Source: an uncultured Gemmatimonadales bacterium (lineage in GTDB: Bacteria; Gemmatimonadota; Gemmatimonadetes; Gemmatimonadales; Gemmatimonadaceae). From it: 64,000 bases of DNA. The position numbers and the translations under genes are program-made. The DNA lies in contig CAWKMU010000003.1 of the NCBI GenBank assembly GCA_963850905.1, forward strand, positions 672,001 through 736,000, in the 5' to 3' direction. The stretch's first letter is position 1. Every line of letters starts with the position of its first letter. The notes beneath the pieces were generated by a model that was given only the letters and a program-made list of their open reading frames with translations, searched no databases and was not told the origin of the DNA. This document shows, in pieces, positions 1-10,951 of this stretch.

Positions 1-2
1 TG

Positions 3-2345
3 ACGCGAGAGAGGCAACTCGCGCTTGAAGACGCACTCCGGATCACGCGCGAAGTTGCCGATGCGCTCGAGTACGCACACCAGCAGGGGGTGATCCACCG
101 CGACATCAAGCCTGAGAACATCCTGCTCTCGCGCAGTCATGCGCTCGTGGCGGACTTTGGCGTGGCTCGCACGCTCGTCGCAAGTGGGTCGCGGGCCGCG
201 GGCGCGGGGCCGACCCTGACGGAGAGCGGTGTGGCGCTGGGGACGCCGATCTACATGAGTCCCGAGCAGGCCACTGGAGATCGCACGCTGGACGCGCGCA
301 CCGACGTGTACGCGCTTGGCTGTGTGCTCTATGAGATGTTGGCCGGCGAGCCACCGTATAGCGGCGCCACGACGCAGGCGTTACTCGCCAAGCGGGTGAG
401 CGGCGATATCCCGTCGGTGCGCCGGATCAGACCCGCGGTGCCGCCAGGCGTGGACGCGGCACTCACGAAGTCGCTCGCCCCCGTACCGGCCGACCGCTAC
501 GCGACAGCCGCCGATTTCGCTCAGGCGATGGACGTGCCGACTGCGACGGCTCCCGCGTCGTCGCCCCGTCCGACTGGTCGGTTCCCGGTGCGCACCGCGG
601 TGCTTGGTCTCGGGATCTGCATCGGTGCCGGACTCTTCTTTGCCTGGCGCCACGGCGAGCGCGGCGCCGCGTCAGCCGCCGAGGCGGGGCCGGTCGGCCT
701 TGCCGTACTTCCCTTCGATACCGACGGCGACACGGCGAACGGCTACTTCGCTGACGGTATCACCGATGAGATCCGGAGCAAGCTATCCGCGCTTAGCGGA
801 CTCCGGCTCATCGCTGCGTCCAGCTCAAACCAGTACCGCCACACGCCAAAGTCCGAGGACCAGATCAGCCGCGAGCTCGGCGTTCACTATTTGCTCACCG
901 GGCACATTCAGTGGGAACAGAGTGCCAGCGGGATGCGTCGAGTCCGAGTGAGTCCGGAACTGGTCGAGGTCCGAGCCGGGGCCGTGCCGGAGACCAAGTG
1001 GCAGCAGTCGTACGACACGACGTTGGCCGACGTTTTCGAAGTGCAGACGGCGGTTGCGACACTGGTGGCTGACAAGCTGGGGCTGGTCCTCAGTTCACCG
1101 GCCCAGACGCAGCTCGCCGTCCGTCCCACACAGAACCTGGCGGCCTACGACGCGTACTTGCGTAGCATTGCGCTCAACGGGACCGACCCACTGACATTCC
1201 GACGGGCCCTTGCTGCCGCCGAGCAAGCCGTTGCCCTCGACTCGAGCTTTGCCGCAGCGTGGGCGCGCATATCGAGACTCCACACAGGCCTCTATGCAAA
1301 CACGGTCCCGACCCGGGCAGACGCCGACGCCGCGCGAGGAGCCGCCGATCGGGCCATTGTCCTCGCGCCTAAGGAGCCTGGAGGATATGTCGCGCGCGGT
1401 GCGTACAGTCTTATCGTCCAGAACGACGCCGTGGCTGCACGGACAGCGCTTGAAACCGCGCTCCGGCTCGCTCCCTCGTCATCTGAGGCGAACGGTGAAC
1501 TCGCGTTGGCCGAAGAGAGCAGCGGCCGCTGGGCAGAGGCCCTGGGCCATGCCCGTCAGGGGGCAGCACTCGATCCGCGCTCGGCGGACGCAGCGGGCCG
1601 CCTGAGTTTAGTGCTACTCTGGCTTCGCCGGTATCCGGAAGCCCGAGCCGAGGCCGAGCGCGGACTCACATTCGCGCCCGGGGATCTGGGCCTCATTTCG
1701 TATCGCGCTATCAGTCTGCTCGCCGAGGGCGACCTGAGTGGCGCTCGCGCCGGTCTGCAAGAGATTCCTCCCACGCTCGACCGATCTGCGCTCGTGGCCG
1801 ACATGGCCAGCGGCTGGGATCTCTCGTGGGCGCTAGATCCTTCCGACCGTGCACTGGTGTTGACACTCCCGCCCTCCGCCTTCGATAACGACCGTGGTTC
1901 GCGGGGGCTCACTCGCGCGCAGCTTTATTCGTTGGCCGGTGACACCGCAATGGCCCGTCGCTGCGCCGATTCGGCACGGGTGGCGTACGACACCGATCTC
2001 CAGGGCACACCGGATGCCCCCATGCGGCAGCTGCAGCGTGGACTGGCTCTCGCCTATCTCGGGCAGCGCGCGGCCGCAGTGCGGGACGGAGAGAACGGTT
2101 TTGCACTGGCCCAAGCGACCCATGACCAGTACTTCAATATCCCCTCGGCGAAACTATTGCTGGCACAAATCTACGTCAGGGTCGGCAATGATCCGCACGC
2201 GCTCGATGAACTCGAATCGCTGCTGGCGAAGCCGAACTACATGTCAGCCGCTTGGCTTCGGATCGACCCAACCTGGGCATCGCTCAGGGGCAACGCACGG
2301 TTCAAGCGCCTACTCGCCCAGCCACCGACGATAGCGGTCCCATAG
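3..2345 (+). CDS. Ser/Thr protein kinase with TM helix, TolB-like domain and TPR repeats (5' end outside window)
   Basis: Frame open from window start; HRDIKPEN, DFG, GTPIYMSPEQ, DVYALG; LAVLPF..YFADGITDEI TolB-like motif; TPR-like helices; LRIDPTW tail. Confidence 0.95.
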   Translation, partial: TRERQLALEDALRITREVADALEYAHQQGVIHRDIKPENILLSRSHALVADFGVARTLVASGSRAAGAGPTLTESGVALGTPIYMSPEQATGDRTLDARTDVYALGCVLYEMLAGEPPYSGATTQALLAKRVSGDIPSVRRIRPAVPPGVDAALTKSLAPVPADRYATAADFAQAMDVPTATAPASSPRPTGRFPVRTAVLGLGICIGAGLFFAWRHGERGAASAAEAGPVGLAVLPFDTDGDTANGYFADGITDEIRSKLSALSGLRLIAASSSNQYRHTPKSEDQISRELGVHYLLTGHIQWEQSASGMRRVRVSPELVEVRAGAVPETKWQQSYDTTLADVFEVQTAVATLVADKLGLVLSSPAQTQLAVRPTQNLAAYDAYLRSIALNGTDPLTFRRALAAAEQAVALDSSFAAAWARISRLHTGLYANTVPTRADADAARGAADRAIVLAPKEPGGYVARGAYSLIVQNDAVAARTALETALRLAPSSSEANGELALAEESSGRWAEALGHARQGAALDPRSADAAGRLSLVLLWLRRYPEARAEAERGLTFAPGDLGLISYRAISLLAEGDLSGARAGLQEIPPTLDRSALVADMASGWDLSWALDPSDRALVLTLPPSAFDNDRGSRGLTRAQLYSLAGDTAMARRCADSARVAYDTDLQGTPDAPMRQLQRGLALAYLGQRAAAVRDGENGFALAQATHDQYFNIPSAKLLLAQIYVRVGNDPHALDELESLLAKPNYMSAAWLRIDPTWASLRGNARFKRLLAQPPTIAVP

Positions 2346-2594
2346 GACCGAGTGGCGACGGGTGCCTGGACTGCGGCGCCCATTTCCCCGGCCACGTTTC
2401 TGGCCACATTGGCGCGCGACGTGGTGCAGATCAACGCAACGAGGCGCCGACGTGGACTCAGTCAGCGCCTCATTTTCATAGTGCAATGCAGCGCCGTGCA
2501 GACCGCGGGTCGCGCGACGCGACGGAAGCCTTCTAAGCCGACTAGAAGCCTTCGCCGCCCCCGCGTGCAAAACACGCCGGGTCAAGCGTCCTAG

Positions 2595-2993
2595 ATGAAG
2601 ATGCGCATCAGCACCGACTTGCCATCCCTACCGTGCTTCGTTCGCGCCGGTGAAGCGACCCGAGCCGCTCAGTTTGGGCTGCATCGAAGCACAGCACTCC
2701 TACGACAGTTCCGCGCTTTCCTGGCCGCCGCTTTCGTGGCGACGACAGTCACAATGGCTCACGCGCAAAGCGTGGCGATGCCCGCGGTGCCACCGAGCTA
2801 CAATGGCCGCCTCGGCAACACCTACGGCCGATTTGGGGACAACGCCATCCGCGAAGCGCTCCGTGGCGAACGCTCACACGTCACTCGAGTGCTCGGCCAG
2901 CTGTCCAGATGCGGACAACACCGTGCCGGAAGCGGACACTCAAGCAAACGGATCGCCGGTTGCCGGTGTCGCATAACGCACAGCATGGCATAG
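2595..2993 (+). pseudogene. Possible truncated secreted-protein remnant
   Basis: Signal-peptide-like LAAAFVATTVTMAHAQ then PPSYNGRLG, after which the sequence stops looking coding. Confidence 0.25.
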
Positions 2994-3128
2994 GCTGCCA
3001 CGCCCTCGCACCAGCGACGCACGCGGCTCGGAACCTGGCAACGGCAGTCTTGGGCGGTCAGGGCGCGGGGGACGACACCACCCGGTCGAGGGGACTCGGA
3101 TGCGACACCACCTGCAAGACGCTTGCGT

Positions 3129-5573
3129 ATGAGACCCGCTGCGGCGTGGCTCGACAATGCGGGACGCGATCTCAAGGTCGCTGTCCGCGACCTCCTGAAA
3201 AATCCCGGATTCGGCGCGACTGCCGTTCTCACACTGGCTGGGGGGATCGGCGTAAGCGTGGCGATCTTCGCGTTCGTCGATGCGGCTCTCTTGGAGCCGC
3301 TCCCGTACGCGCATGCCAGCCGCCTCATGTCGGTGAATCAGAGCAACGCGACGTTCCCGCGCTGGCAAGTCTCGTATCCGGATTTTCTCGACTGGCAGCG
3401 GCTGAACAAGTCCTTTAGCTCGCTCGATGTCTACAACGGGACAGCCTACCTCCTGGGCACTCCCTCCGGCGCACAATCCGTCCAGGCGGAGCAGGTGAGC
3501 GGAGGCTTCTTCCGGACCCTCGGCGCGAATCCGATACTGGGCCGCGACTTCTCTCCAGGCGAGGACCGAGTGGACGGACCCAACGTCCTGCTGCTCAGTT
3601 ATCGCGCGTGGCTCGATCGCTTCGGCGGACAACCCAGTGCAATAGGTCGAGCCGTGGATCTGGACGGTTCAGCGTACACGATCATCGGTGTCCTGCCACG
3701 ATCCTTCGTCTTCGCGCCAGCCGGCAATGCGGAATTTTGGGTGCCCATCAACGTCCTCAGCCCGCACGAACACTCGCGGGATTTTTATTCGTTTTGGGGA
3801 ATCGGTAGGCTGCGTAATGGCGTGACGATTCCCTCTGCGCTGGCGGACATGAACGCCATTGCGCACGAGCTGCAGCACGAGTACGGCTTGACGGAGCGCA
3901 AGCTGAACGCTTCGATCGTTCCTCTCGCCGAGGTCATCGTCGGCGATGTCCGGCCAATCCTGTTGATTCTTCTGGGCGGCGCCGGGCTCCTTCTCCTGAT
4001 CGCCTGCGTGAACGTTGGCAGCTTGTTCCTTGTTCGTGCGGAGACCAGGAGGAGGGAGGTGGCGGTTAGGGGCGCACTGGGTGCCTCGCCAGCCCGTTTG
4101 GTGCAGCAATTCGTCACCGAGGGGCTCGTACTCGCCGCCGTTGGAACGTTGGCCGGTTTGGTCTCCGCTGCCGGAGTGATGCAGCTCTTGGCCGCTCTCG
4201 TCCCCAAGAACTTGGCGGCCAACATGCCGTTCCTCGGCGACGTAGGGTTGAATCTGCACACGTGCCTTTTTGCCGTGTCCATCGGCCTGCTTGCAGCATT
4301 GATAGCCACCGCCACGCCCATATTCCGGCTGTCGCTTCAGAAAGTGCGGGCCGGGCTTGCTGAAGGCGGCCGCGGTTCGGCGAGCCTGTTCTGGCAGCGG
4401 CTCGGATCGAACCTCGTCATTGTCGAGCTAGTAACAGCAGTGGTCCTCCTGACCGGCGCGGGACTTCTCAGTAAGAGCCTCTATCGTCTGCTGCATGTGC
4501 CCTTGGGGTTTGATCCGACCCACCTCGTCACGGCAGAGGTGACGGCCCCCGGCACCATTTACCAGACTGACACGCAGATCACTGCGCTCTACCAGGAGAT
4601 CGTGCGCCGCGTCTCAGCGTTGCCGGGCGTGCAATCGGCCGGTATGACGAGCGTGCTTCCCGCCGAATGCAATTGCGCCACTGATGCCATCCAGGTTGTC
4701 GGCAGACCGACCCCGAGCGAGCAGGATGAGGTTGACGAGCGCCACGTCACCGCGGGATATCTTCCCGCGCTCGGCGCCACCCTGGTTCGCGGCAGGTTCT
4801 TTACGGACAACGATGATGCGTCCAAGCCAGGCGTGGCCATCATCAATGAGGCGTTGGCGCGAAGGTATTTCCAGAACAGGAACCCGATTGGTCAGAGGAT
4901 CGCCAATACCGAAGGTGGGCGCCCGACGGTGTGGGAGATCGTCGGCGAAGTCGGAGATGTCCACGAAGTGCCGTTGGACGTTGCGACCTGGCCCGCGGAG
5001 TATTTCCCCATCGAGCAGACACATGACCGTAGCTTCAGTCTTGCTGTCCGCACACGGCAGGATCCCGACGCGTTGCTAGCATCTGTGCTAAGGACATTGC
5101 ATCAGATCAACGCGAACATCGCCGTCACGGACGAAGCGACGATGGACGACCGGATTGACGCTACGCAGACTGCGCTCCTGCATCGGTTCGCCGCGTGGTT
5201 GGTCGGAGGGTTTGCTGCGGCGGCGCTGGCTTTGGGTGTGATTGGATTGTACGGCACTATAGCGTATTCGGTGAGCCAGCGAACTCGGGAAATAGGAGTA
5301 CGCATCGCGCTCGGTGCTCAGCGCAGCGCCGTGTACGGTCTCGTACTGCGTCAGGCCGGATCACTCACGGGCATCGGTTTGGCCCTGGGACTCGTCTGTT
5401 CGGTGGGCGCGTCGCATCTCTTGCGCAGCCTGCTGTATGCCGTGCAGCCATGGGACGGACTGACACTGGGTTGTGTCGCGGCGCTGCTGGCTGTCGCTGC
5501 ACTGGCTGCGGCTTTCCTTCCCGCTCGGCGTGCCGTTGCCGTCGACCCCGTAGAAGCGCTCCGCGCCGAGTAG
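3129..5573 (+). CDS. ADOP-type duplicated MacB/FtsX ABC permease
   Basis: DLKVAVRDLLKNPGF start; LLIACVNV..RRREVAVRGALGA; second QRTREIGVRIALGA; ends VDPVEALRAE. Confidence 0.93.
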   Translation: MRPAAAWLDNAGRDLKVAVRDLLKNPGFGATAVLTLAGGIGVSVAIFAFVDAALLEPLPYAHASRLMSVNQSNATFPRWQVSYPDFLDWQRLNKSFSSLDVYNGTAYLLGTPSGAQSVQAEQVSGGFFRTLGANPILGRDFSPGEDRVDGPNVLLLSYRAWLDRFGGQPSAIGRAVDLDGSAYTIIGVLPRSFVFAPAGNAEFWVPINVLSPHEHSRDFYSFWGIGRLRNGVTIPSALADMNAIAHELQHEYGLTERKLNASIVPLAEVIVGDVRPILLILLGGAGLLLLIACVNVGSLFLVRAETRRREVAVRGALGASPARLVQQFVTEGLVLAAVGTLAGLVSAAGVMQLLAALVPKNLAANMPFLGDVGLNLHTCLFAVSIGLLAALIATATPIFRLSLQKVRAGLAEGGRGSASLFWQRLGSNLVIVELVTAVVLLTGAGLLSKSLYRLLHVPLGFDPTHLVTAEVTAPGTIYQTDTQITALYQEIVRRVSALPGVQSAGMTSVLPAECNCATDAIQVVGRPTPSEQDEVDERHVTAGYLPALGATLVRGRFFTDNDDASKPGVAIINEALARRYFQNRNPIGQRIANTEGGRPTVWEIVGEVGDVHEVPLDVATWPAEYFPIEQTHDRSFSLAVRTRQDPDALLASVLRTLHQINANIAVTDEATMDDRIDATQTALLHRFAAWLVGGFAAAALALGVIGLYGTIAYSVSQRTREIGVRIALGAQRSAVYGLVLRQAGSLTGIGLALGLVCSVGASHLLRSLLYAVQPWDGLTLGCVAALLAVAALAAAFLPARRAVAVDPVEALRAE

Positions 5574-5684
5574 CCGCGGTCCGGTGCGCCGCACGCGGCG
5601 CGCGCGTCGATGTGCCCCCCAACAATGGCACCGTGACGGCGGGGCGGCGAAGGACGGTGCTGCACGTGATCCTGCCCCGACCGG

Positions 5685-5709
5685 GTAGGGGCGACGCCAT
5701 GCGTCGCCC
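5685..5709 (+). repeat. REP element (GTAG + palindrome)
   Basis: GTAGGGGCGACGCCATGCGTCGCCC. Confidence 0.9.
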
Positions 5710-5827
5710 GTGGACTACGGCCCATTTCCGGTTACCGCGCGCGCGGTTCCATGGCGACATCGCGTGCCCCATTATGTACGTTTCGATCGAAGTCGCGTCG
5801 CGTGATCATGAACAGTCTCGAGGGACC

Positions 5828-6031
5828 GTGTCTCAAATCGCCTTTCCTTCGCTAGCGGGGCGCTGGCTCTGGTACGTCTGGGCAGTGATGGCCATCGTGG
5901 TGGTCGTGGGGTACTGGCATGTCCGGAGGACGCTGCGTAAACGCGAGCGGATCGCGGACGCCGCCGATGCTGACGCTCACAGACGAGCCGAGGCCAAGCA
6001 CCACAAGCGCAGGCCCGGCGAGATCGAGTAA
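5828..6031 (+). CDS. Small single-TM hypothetical protein
   Basis: GTG after GAGGGA; hydrophobic WLWYVWAVMAIVVVVGYW followed by a basic tail. Confidence 0.55.
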   Translation: MSQIAFPSLAGRWLWYVWAVMAIVVVVGYWHVRRTLRKRERIADAADADAHRRAEAKHHKRRPGEIE

Positions 6032-6165
6032 GCAGCGCCCCGTCGGCCTTCAGGCCGAGGTCGCCCGCACGCCAAGGATCAACTGGCCAGGTAGGCTGTG
6101 ACCCGCGCCGTAGATCGTTCGAATACCGCGGTGAAAAAACCTCGAGGCAACGGGAGAGCGCATGC

Positions 6166-6357
6166 GTGACGATCAAGAACATCGGCGCCGAGCCTGTCAG
6201 TGAGGTGTTCATCTTCTCAGCGCCGGGTTTCGAAAATCACATGCGCTGCATATCGGTGTTGGCAACCGAAAAACCGACTCCCACCACAGCGGACGAGCTC
6301 AGACGCTGCGACCGCGCAGGGAGCGTTGTGTACGCCGGACGGGAGGAAAACCCATAA
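6166..6357 (+). pseudogene. C-terminal fragment of a cupin-domain protein
   Basis: IKNIGAEPVSEVFIFSAPGFE resembles the last cupin strands; N-terminal half absent. Confidence 0.45.
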
Positions 6358-6448
6358 CCCAACGTTCTCTCAGGTCCGACCTCCGAGGCTTCCACTGGCA
6401 CATGGCGTGCGGCCACGTTCGCATCAACTCGCAACCGTGGAGGCGTTG

Positions 6449-6883
6449 ATGTCGCCAAGCCCCAAAGGGCCCGCCATGAAGCTGGAGCTCGTGCCGATCC
6501 CGGTATCGGATGTGGATCGCGCCAAGGCGTTCTACGAGAAGGCCGGTTTCAAGCTCGAGGTTGATGTCCGACCGGCCGACGGCATGCGAGTCGTTCAGTT
6601 CACCCCCCCGGAATCCGCGTGCTCGATCGTGTTCGGGACGGGGATGCAAAAGATCAACGATATGCAACCCGGCTCGATCAAAGGCATTCATCTCGTCGTA
6701 GCAGACATCGCAGCGGCCCGCAATGCGCTCGCCACGCGAGGGATCGCCGTTGGCCCGGTGACGGACTTCAAGAGCGTGAAGTACGTGGAATTCAGCGATC
6801 CGGATGGGAATCTCTGGTTGCTTCAGGAATTCCCGCCGGCTATGAGAAGGCCAGGACAGAGCTTCTACGAGGCGGCGCGCTAG
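6449..6883 (+). CDS. VOC/glyoxalase family protein
   Basis: GGAGG RBS; VPIPVSDVDRAKAFY, VVQFTPP, FSDPDGNLWLLQE. Confidence 0.92.
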   Translation: MSPSPKGPAMKLELVPIPVSDVDRAKAFYEKAGFKLEVDVRPADGMRVVQFTPPESACSIVFGTGMQKINDMQPGSIKGIHLVVADIAAARNALATRGIAVGPVTDFKSVKYVEFSDPDGNLWLLQEFPPAMRRPGQSFYEAAR

Positions 6884-7062
6884 TCGCGCACCTCGTTCGC
6901 GCGTGCCGGCGCCCTGGGCCATCTCGCGCTCGTCGATCACGTCAGCGCCAGGGGATCCTACCGCGCACTGGCCGCTTGCGGGTAGGGGCCGTGCGCGTAG
7001 CCGAGGACGCGACCGGTCGGTATTGTACGCCGGCCCTGCTGTACCGATAGCACACGAGGAGC

Positions 7063-10000
7063 ATGACGGACGTATTGCGCGAACAACTCCAGAAGACCCT
7101 GGGCTCGGCCTACATCATCGACCGTGAGCTCGGCGGCGGTGGGATGAGTCGGGTCTTCGTGGCCGAGGATACGGCGCTGGGCCGCATGGTCGTCGTGAAG
7201 CTGCTCTCGCCCGAGCTCACAGCCGGCGTCAATATCGATCGCTTTCGTCGCGAAATCCGGCTCGCGGCTCGACTGCAGCACCCGCACATCGTACCCGTGC
7301 TGCACTCGGGCGAGGCGGACGGACTGCCGTACTTCACCATGCCCTTCGTGGAAGGGCAGTCGCTGCGTAAGCGACTGACCCAAGGCGGACCCCTCGCGAT
7401 CGGGGAGGCCGTCTCGATCCTGAGCGACGTCGCCAAGGCCCTCGAGTACGCCCATGCTCGCGAGGTGGTCCACCGGGACATCAAGCCCGACAACGTCCTC
7501 CTCGCCGGTAATGCGGCGGTCGTCACAGACTTCGGCATCGCCAAGGCGCTCTCCGCATCGAAGACGCTGGCGCCGGGCGCTACGCTGACCCAAGCCGGCG
7601 TGTCGCTCGGGACACCGGCGTACATGGCTCCCGAGCAGGCCGCGGCCGATCCGGCGACGGACCACCGCGCGGACATCTACGCCTTCGGCATCCTCGCCTA
7701 CGAGCTGCTGGCCGGTCAGCCGCCCTTTGCCGGGCGAACGCCGCAGCGGCTCCTGGCCGCGCAGCTCAGCGAGCGGCCAGCGCCGATCGAGAGCGTCCGA
7801 CCAGATGTGCCGCCAGCGCTCGCCGACGTCGTCACGCGCTGTCTCGAGAAGAACGCCGACGACCGGCCCCAGACCGCTGCGGCTCTCGTCCAAGCACTCG
7901 ACACTGTCACGACGAGTGGCTCGAGCAGACCCGCCCCAGCGCTCCTGCTGGGCGGCCGAGCCACCCTGCGCAACGCCTTATTCATCTGGGGCGCGGCCTT
8001 CTTGATCGTCGCCCTTGCAGCCAGGATCGCAACCAATGAGATCGGGTTGCCCGATTGGGTCTTCCCGGGCGCCATCATCGTCATGCTGCTCGGGCTCCCG
8101 GCAATCCTGTTCACCGGTTACGTCCAGCGCACCGTCCACCGCGCGCTGACGACGACGCCGATGCTGACGCCTGGTGGGACGCCCGCGCCGGCCTCGACGC
8201 TCGCGACCCTCGCCCTCAAGGCGAGCCCGCACGTGAGCTGGCGAAAAACGGCAGTGGGAGGAGCAATCGCCCTCGCAGTACTCACCCTCCTCGTCGTCGG
8301 CTACATGATGAGTTGGGCGATGGGCGTTGGTCCCGCTGGCTCGCTGCTCGGATCAGGGAAGATCCACGCCCGCGACCGGCTCCTCGTCACCGACTTCAAG
8401 GGCGCCGGCAGTGACTCCACACTCGCTGGCGCCGCAAGCGAGGCGGTGCGCACCGATCTGAGTGAGTCGCCGGTGATCACGCTGCTCACTCCGGCCGATG
8501 TCGGCGGTGCGCTGCGTCTCATGCAGCGTCCAGCAACCACGCGGATCGATGTCCCGGTGGCGCAGGATATCGCGGCCAGAGACGGGGCGAAAGGCATCGT
8601 CGACGGCACGATCACACCGCTCAATCCAGGCTATCTCCTGACCTTGCGCCTGCTGTCTGCCGCCGGGACAGAGCTCGCCTCGTTTCACGATGCGGCCGAC
8701 GGGCCCAGTCAGCTGCTGCCGACCCTCGATCGTCTCGCTCGGCGCCTTCGGGCCAAGATCGGCGAGTCCCTCAAGAGCGTGCACGCTGACCCGCCGCTCG
8801 AACAGGTCACGACAGCATCACTTCCAGCACTCCGGAAATACCAGGAAGGCATCCGACAGAACAACTTCGCGGGTAACGGCAATGCGTCGATCGCGAGCTT
8901 GCGCGAGGCCGTCGCCCTCGACACCTCGTTCGCTATGGCGTACCGCGCGCTCGGGATCACCATGTCCAATTTCGGGCTGCCGCAGGCCAGCATCGACAGT
9001 GCACTCAGCAAAGCTTATCTCTATCGCGATCGGCTGACCGAGCGCGAGCGCTACCTGGCGGAGGCCGCCTATTTCGGCCGCGGCCCGGGGCGCGATCGCG
9101 GAAAAGCGGCCGCCGCATACCGGGCGCTGCTCGCCGTCGATCCGCAGAACTACGTCGCCCTCAACAATCTCGGCGACATCGATCTCCAGCGCCGGCAGTA
9201 CGCGGCCGCCGATACGCTATTCCGGCGGGCGGTGGCCGCAGGAAACACGGGGTCTCTCGAACTGGGCAACATCATCGAGGCCGAACTCGGTGCCGGCAAT
9301 ACGGCGGGCGCGCAGCGGGATCTCGCGACGCTTCGCGAGCGGTACCCCGACGCGATCCAGGGCCCCGGGTTCGGGTTCACGGTCCTCTACGCTCAGAATC
9401 GACTGGACGCGATAGACACGGCTCTCGCTCGGGACCGCGCGAGCCCGAGACCCGAGCTGCGGTCCTTCGGAGAGTTCCTCCAGTCCCAGGTTGCGCTACT
9501 TCGCGGCCAGCCTTCGGTATGGGCCCGCGCCACCGCCGACGCCCGTCGCACGGAGGAGACGCGTGGCGTCCCGCAGCCGCCCCTTGACGACTCGGTGACC
9601 GCGGTCGCGCTGGACATCACGCTCCGAGCCCAGCCGGCGCGCGGTGCGGCTCGACTCGACGCGCTCCTGTCGCGCGTACCGCTGCACTCCGTGGCGGTGC
9701 TCGACCGTCCGTATTTTGAGATCGCCGAGCTCTATGCACTGGCTGCACGTCCCGACCGCGCGCGAGCGATTCTTGGGGAGTATGCGGCCGACGTGAAGGA
9801 CACGGCAACGCTGCGGGACAATGAGCCGCAGATGCACGCCGCACTCGGCGAGATCGCGTTGGCCGAGCACCGTCCCCAGGACGCGCTCAACGAGTTCGCG
9901 CGTGCCGATACGGCCTCCGACGGCTATCCCGTCATCTGTGGGACCTGTTACCCGCTCAATGGCGCTCGCGCCTACGACGAAGCGGGGAATCGCGACTCGG

Positions 10001-10275
10001 CGATCGTCTTGTACGAGCGCTACGAGGCTGTCTACCTGCGGCGGTACCAGCCAAGGGATCCGCTCTTCCGGTCGCTCGGTTACAAGCGCTTGGGCGAGTT
10101 GTACGAGAACCGAGGCGACATCGCCCACGCAGTGGCGAATTATCAGCAGTTCCTCGCGTTGTGGAAGGATGCGGACCCGGACCTTCAACCCGTCGTCGCC
10201 GACGTCCGGCGGCGCCTGGCGAAGCTGGGAGCCGAGCCGGCACGCGTCGTTCCAGCGGCCCAGCCCAGTCGGTGA
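7063..10275 (+). CDS. Membrane Ser/Thr protein kinase with C-terminal TPR region
   Basis: GAGGAG RBS; ELGGGGMSRVF, VVVK, HRDIKPDN, DFG, GTPAYMAPEQ; three TM helices; TPR tail ending WKDADPDLQP. Confidence 0.96.
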   Translation: MTDVLREQLQKTLGSAYIIDRELGGGGMSRVFVAEDTALGRMVVVKLLSPELTAGVNIDRFRREIRLAARLQHPHIVPVLHSGEADGLPYFTMPFVEGQSLRKRLTQGGPLAIGEAVSILSDVAKALEYAHAREVVHRDIKPDNVLLAGNAAVVTDFGIAKALSASKTLAPGATLTQAGVSLGTPAYMAPEQAAADPATDHRADIYAFGILAYELLAGQPPFAGRTPQRLLAAQLSERPAPIESVRPDVPPALADVVTRCLEKNADDRPQTAAALVQALDTVTTSGSSRPAPALLLGGRATLRNALFIWGAAFLIVALAARIATNEIGLPDWVFPGAIIVMLLGLPAILFTGYVQRTVHRALTTTPMLTPGGTPAPASTLATLALKASPHVSWRKTAVGGAIALAVLTLLVVGYMMSWAMGVGPAGSLLGSGKIHARDRLLVTDFKGAGSDSTLAGAASEAVRTDLSESPVITLLTPADVGGALRLMQRPATTRIDVPVAQDIAARDGAKGIVDGTITPLNPGYLLTLRLLSAAGTELASFHDAADGPSQLLPTLDRLARRLRAKIGESLKSVHADPPLEQVTTASLPALRKYQEGIRQNNFAGNGNASIASLREAVALDTSFAMAYRALGITMSNFGLPQASIDSALSKAYLYRDRLTERERYLAEAAYFGRGPGRDRGKAAAAYRALLAVDPQNYVALNNLGDIDLQRRQYAAADTLFRRAVAAGNTGSLELGNIIEAELGAGNTAGAQRDLATLRERYPDAIQGPGFGFTVLYAQNRLDAIDTALARDRASPRPELRSFGEFLQSQVALLRGQPSVWARATADARRTEETRGVPQPPLDDSVTAVALDITLRAQPARGAARLDALLSRVPLHSVAVLDRPYFEIAELYALAARPDRARAILGEYAADVKDTATLRDNEPQMHAALGEIALAEHRPQDALNEFARADTASDGYPVICGTCYPLNGARAYDEAGNRDSAIVLYERYEAVYLRRYQPRDPLFRSLGYKRLGELYENRGDIAHAVANYQQFLALWKDADPDLQPVVADVRRRLAKLGAEPARVVPAAQPSR

Positions 10276-10609
10276 CCGACCGGCGCGCCCGTCGTTCGCG
10301 CCGGTCGGCCGAATGATTTCGGTCCTCCGGGAACGACGATCAGTCGTTTTGCGCGGATGGTGGATCGTCGGCGTTGCGCTCGTCGCGCAAATGTTCAGCA
10401 TCGGAACGGTGCTTGTGCAAGGACGCCACGCGAGCCCTAAAGGGCAACGTCGCTGGCTCTGTGGACACACTTGGCGATGGCGGGGGGACGGCATGCCTTG
10501 CTGTCGGCCCCATTGGCCCAGTGGCGGCGTACACCGTTAGCTTCGAGCACTCTCATCCGGGCAGCATCCGCCGTGGCATCGTCGGACCTACGGGGCGACG
10601 GGTGACGGA

Positions 10610-10825
10610 TTCACCGCTATCCCCCACGCCCGGCGGGTGCTGGCCTGGATCTACGTCGCGGTCAGCGATCATCCGCACGCGGTCGGCCAGCTCGACTCGC
10701 TGCTCGCAATGCCGTATTACATCTCGCCCGCGTGGCTTCGGATCGATCCGACGTGGACGCCGCTCAAAGGCGACCCGCAATTCCAGCGGCTTGTCGCACA
10801 GCCACCGATGACACCAATCCAGTAG
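10610..10825 (+). pseudogene. Orphan C-terminal remnant of a kinase paralogous to the first CDS
   Basis: LAWIYV..LDSLLAMPYYISPAWLRIDPTWTPLKGDPQFQRLVAQPP aligns with LAQIYV..LESLLAKPNYMSAAWLRIDPTWASLRGNARFKRLLAQPP at about 2160-2345. Confidence 0.8.
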
Positions 10826-10951
10826 CGCAGCGTAACCAGAGATCTCGATCTCACCGCTTTCAGGCTCCGACTCCGGCCTCGGCCAGCATCGACACGTGGA
10901 GCTTCAGCATTGGGCGCCCATCGCACTCCTTGAGCAGGCAGCGCACAACAA

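Noticed and set aside
6982..7000. REP at GTAGGGGCC
   Set aside because: No matching palindrome follows.
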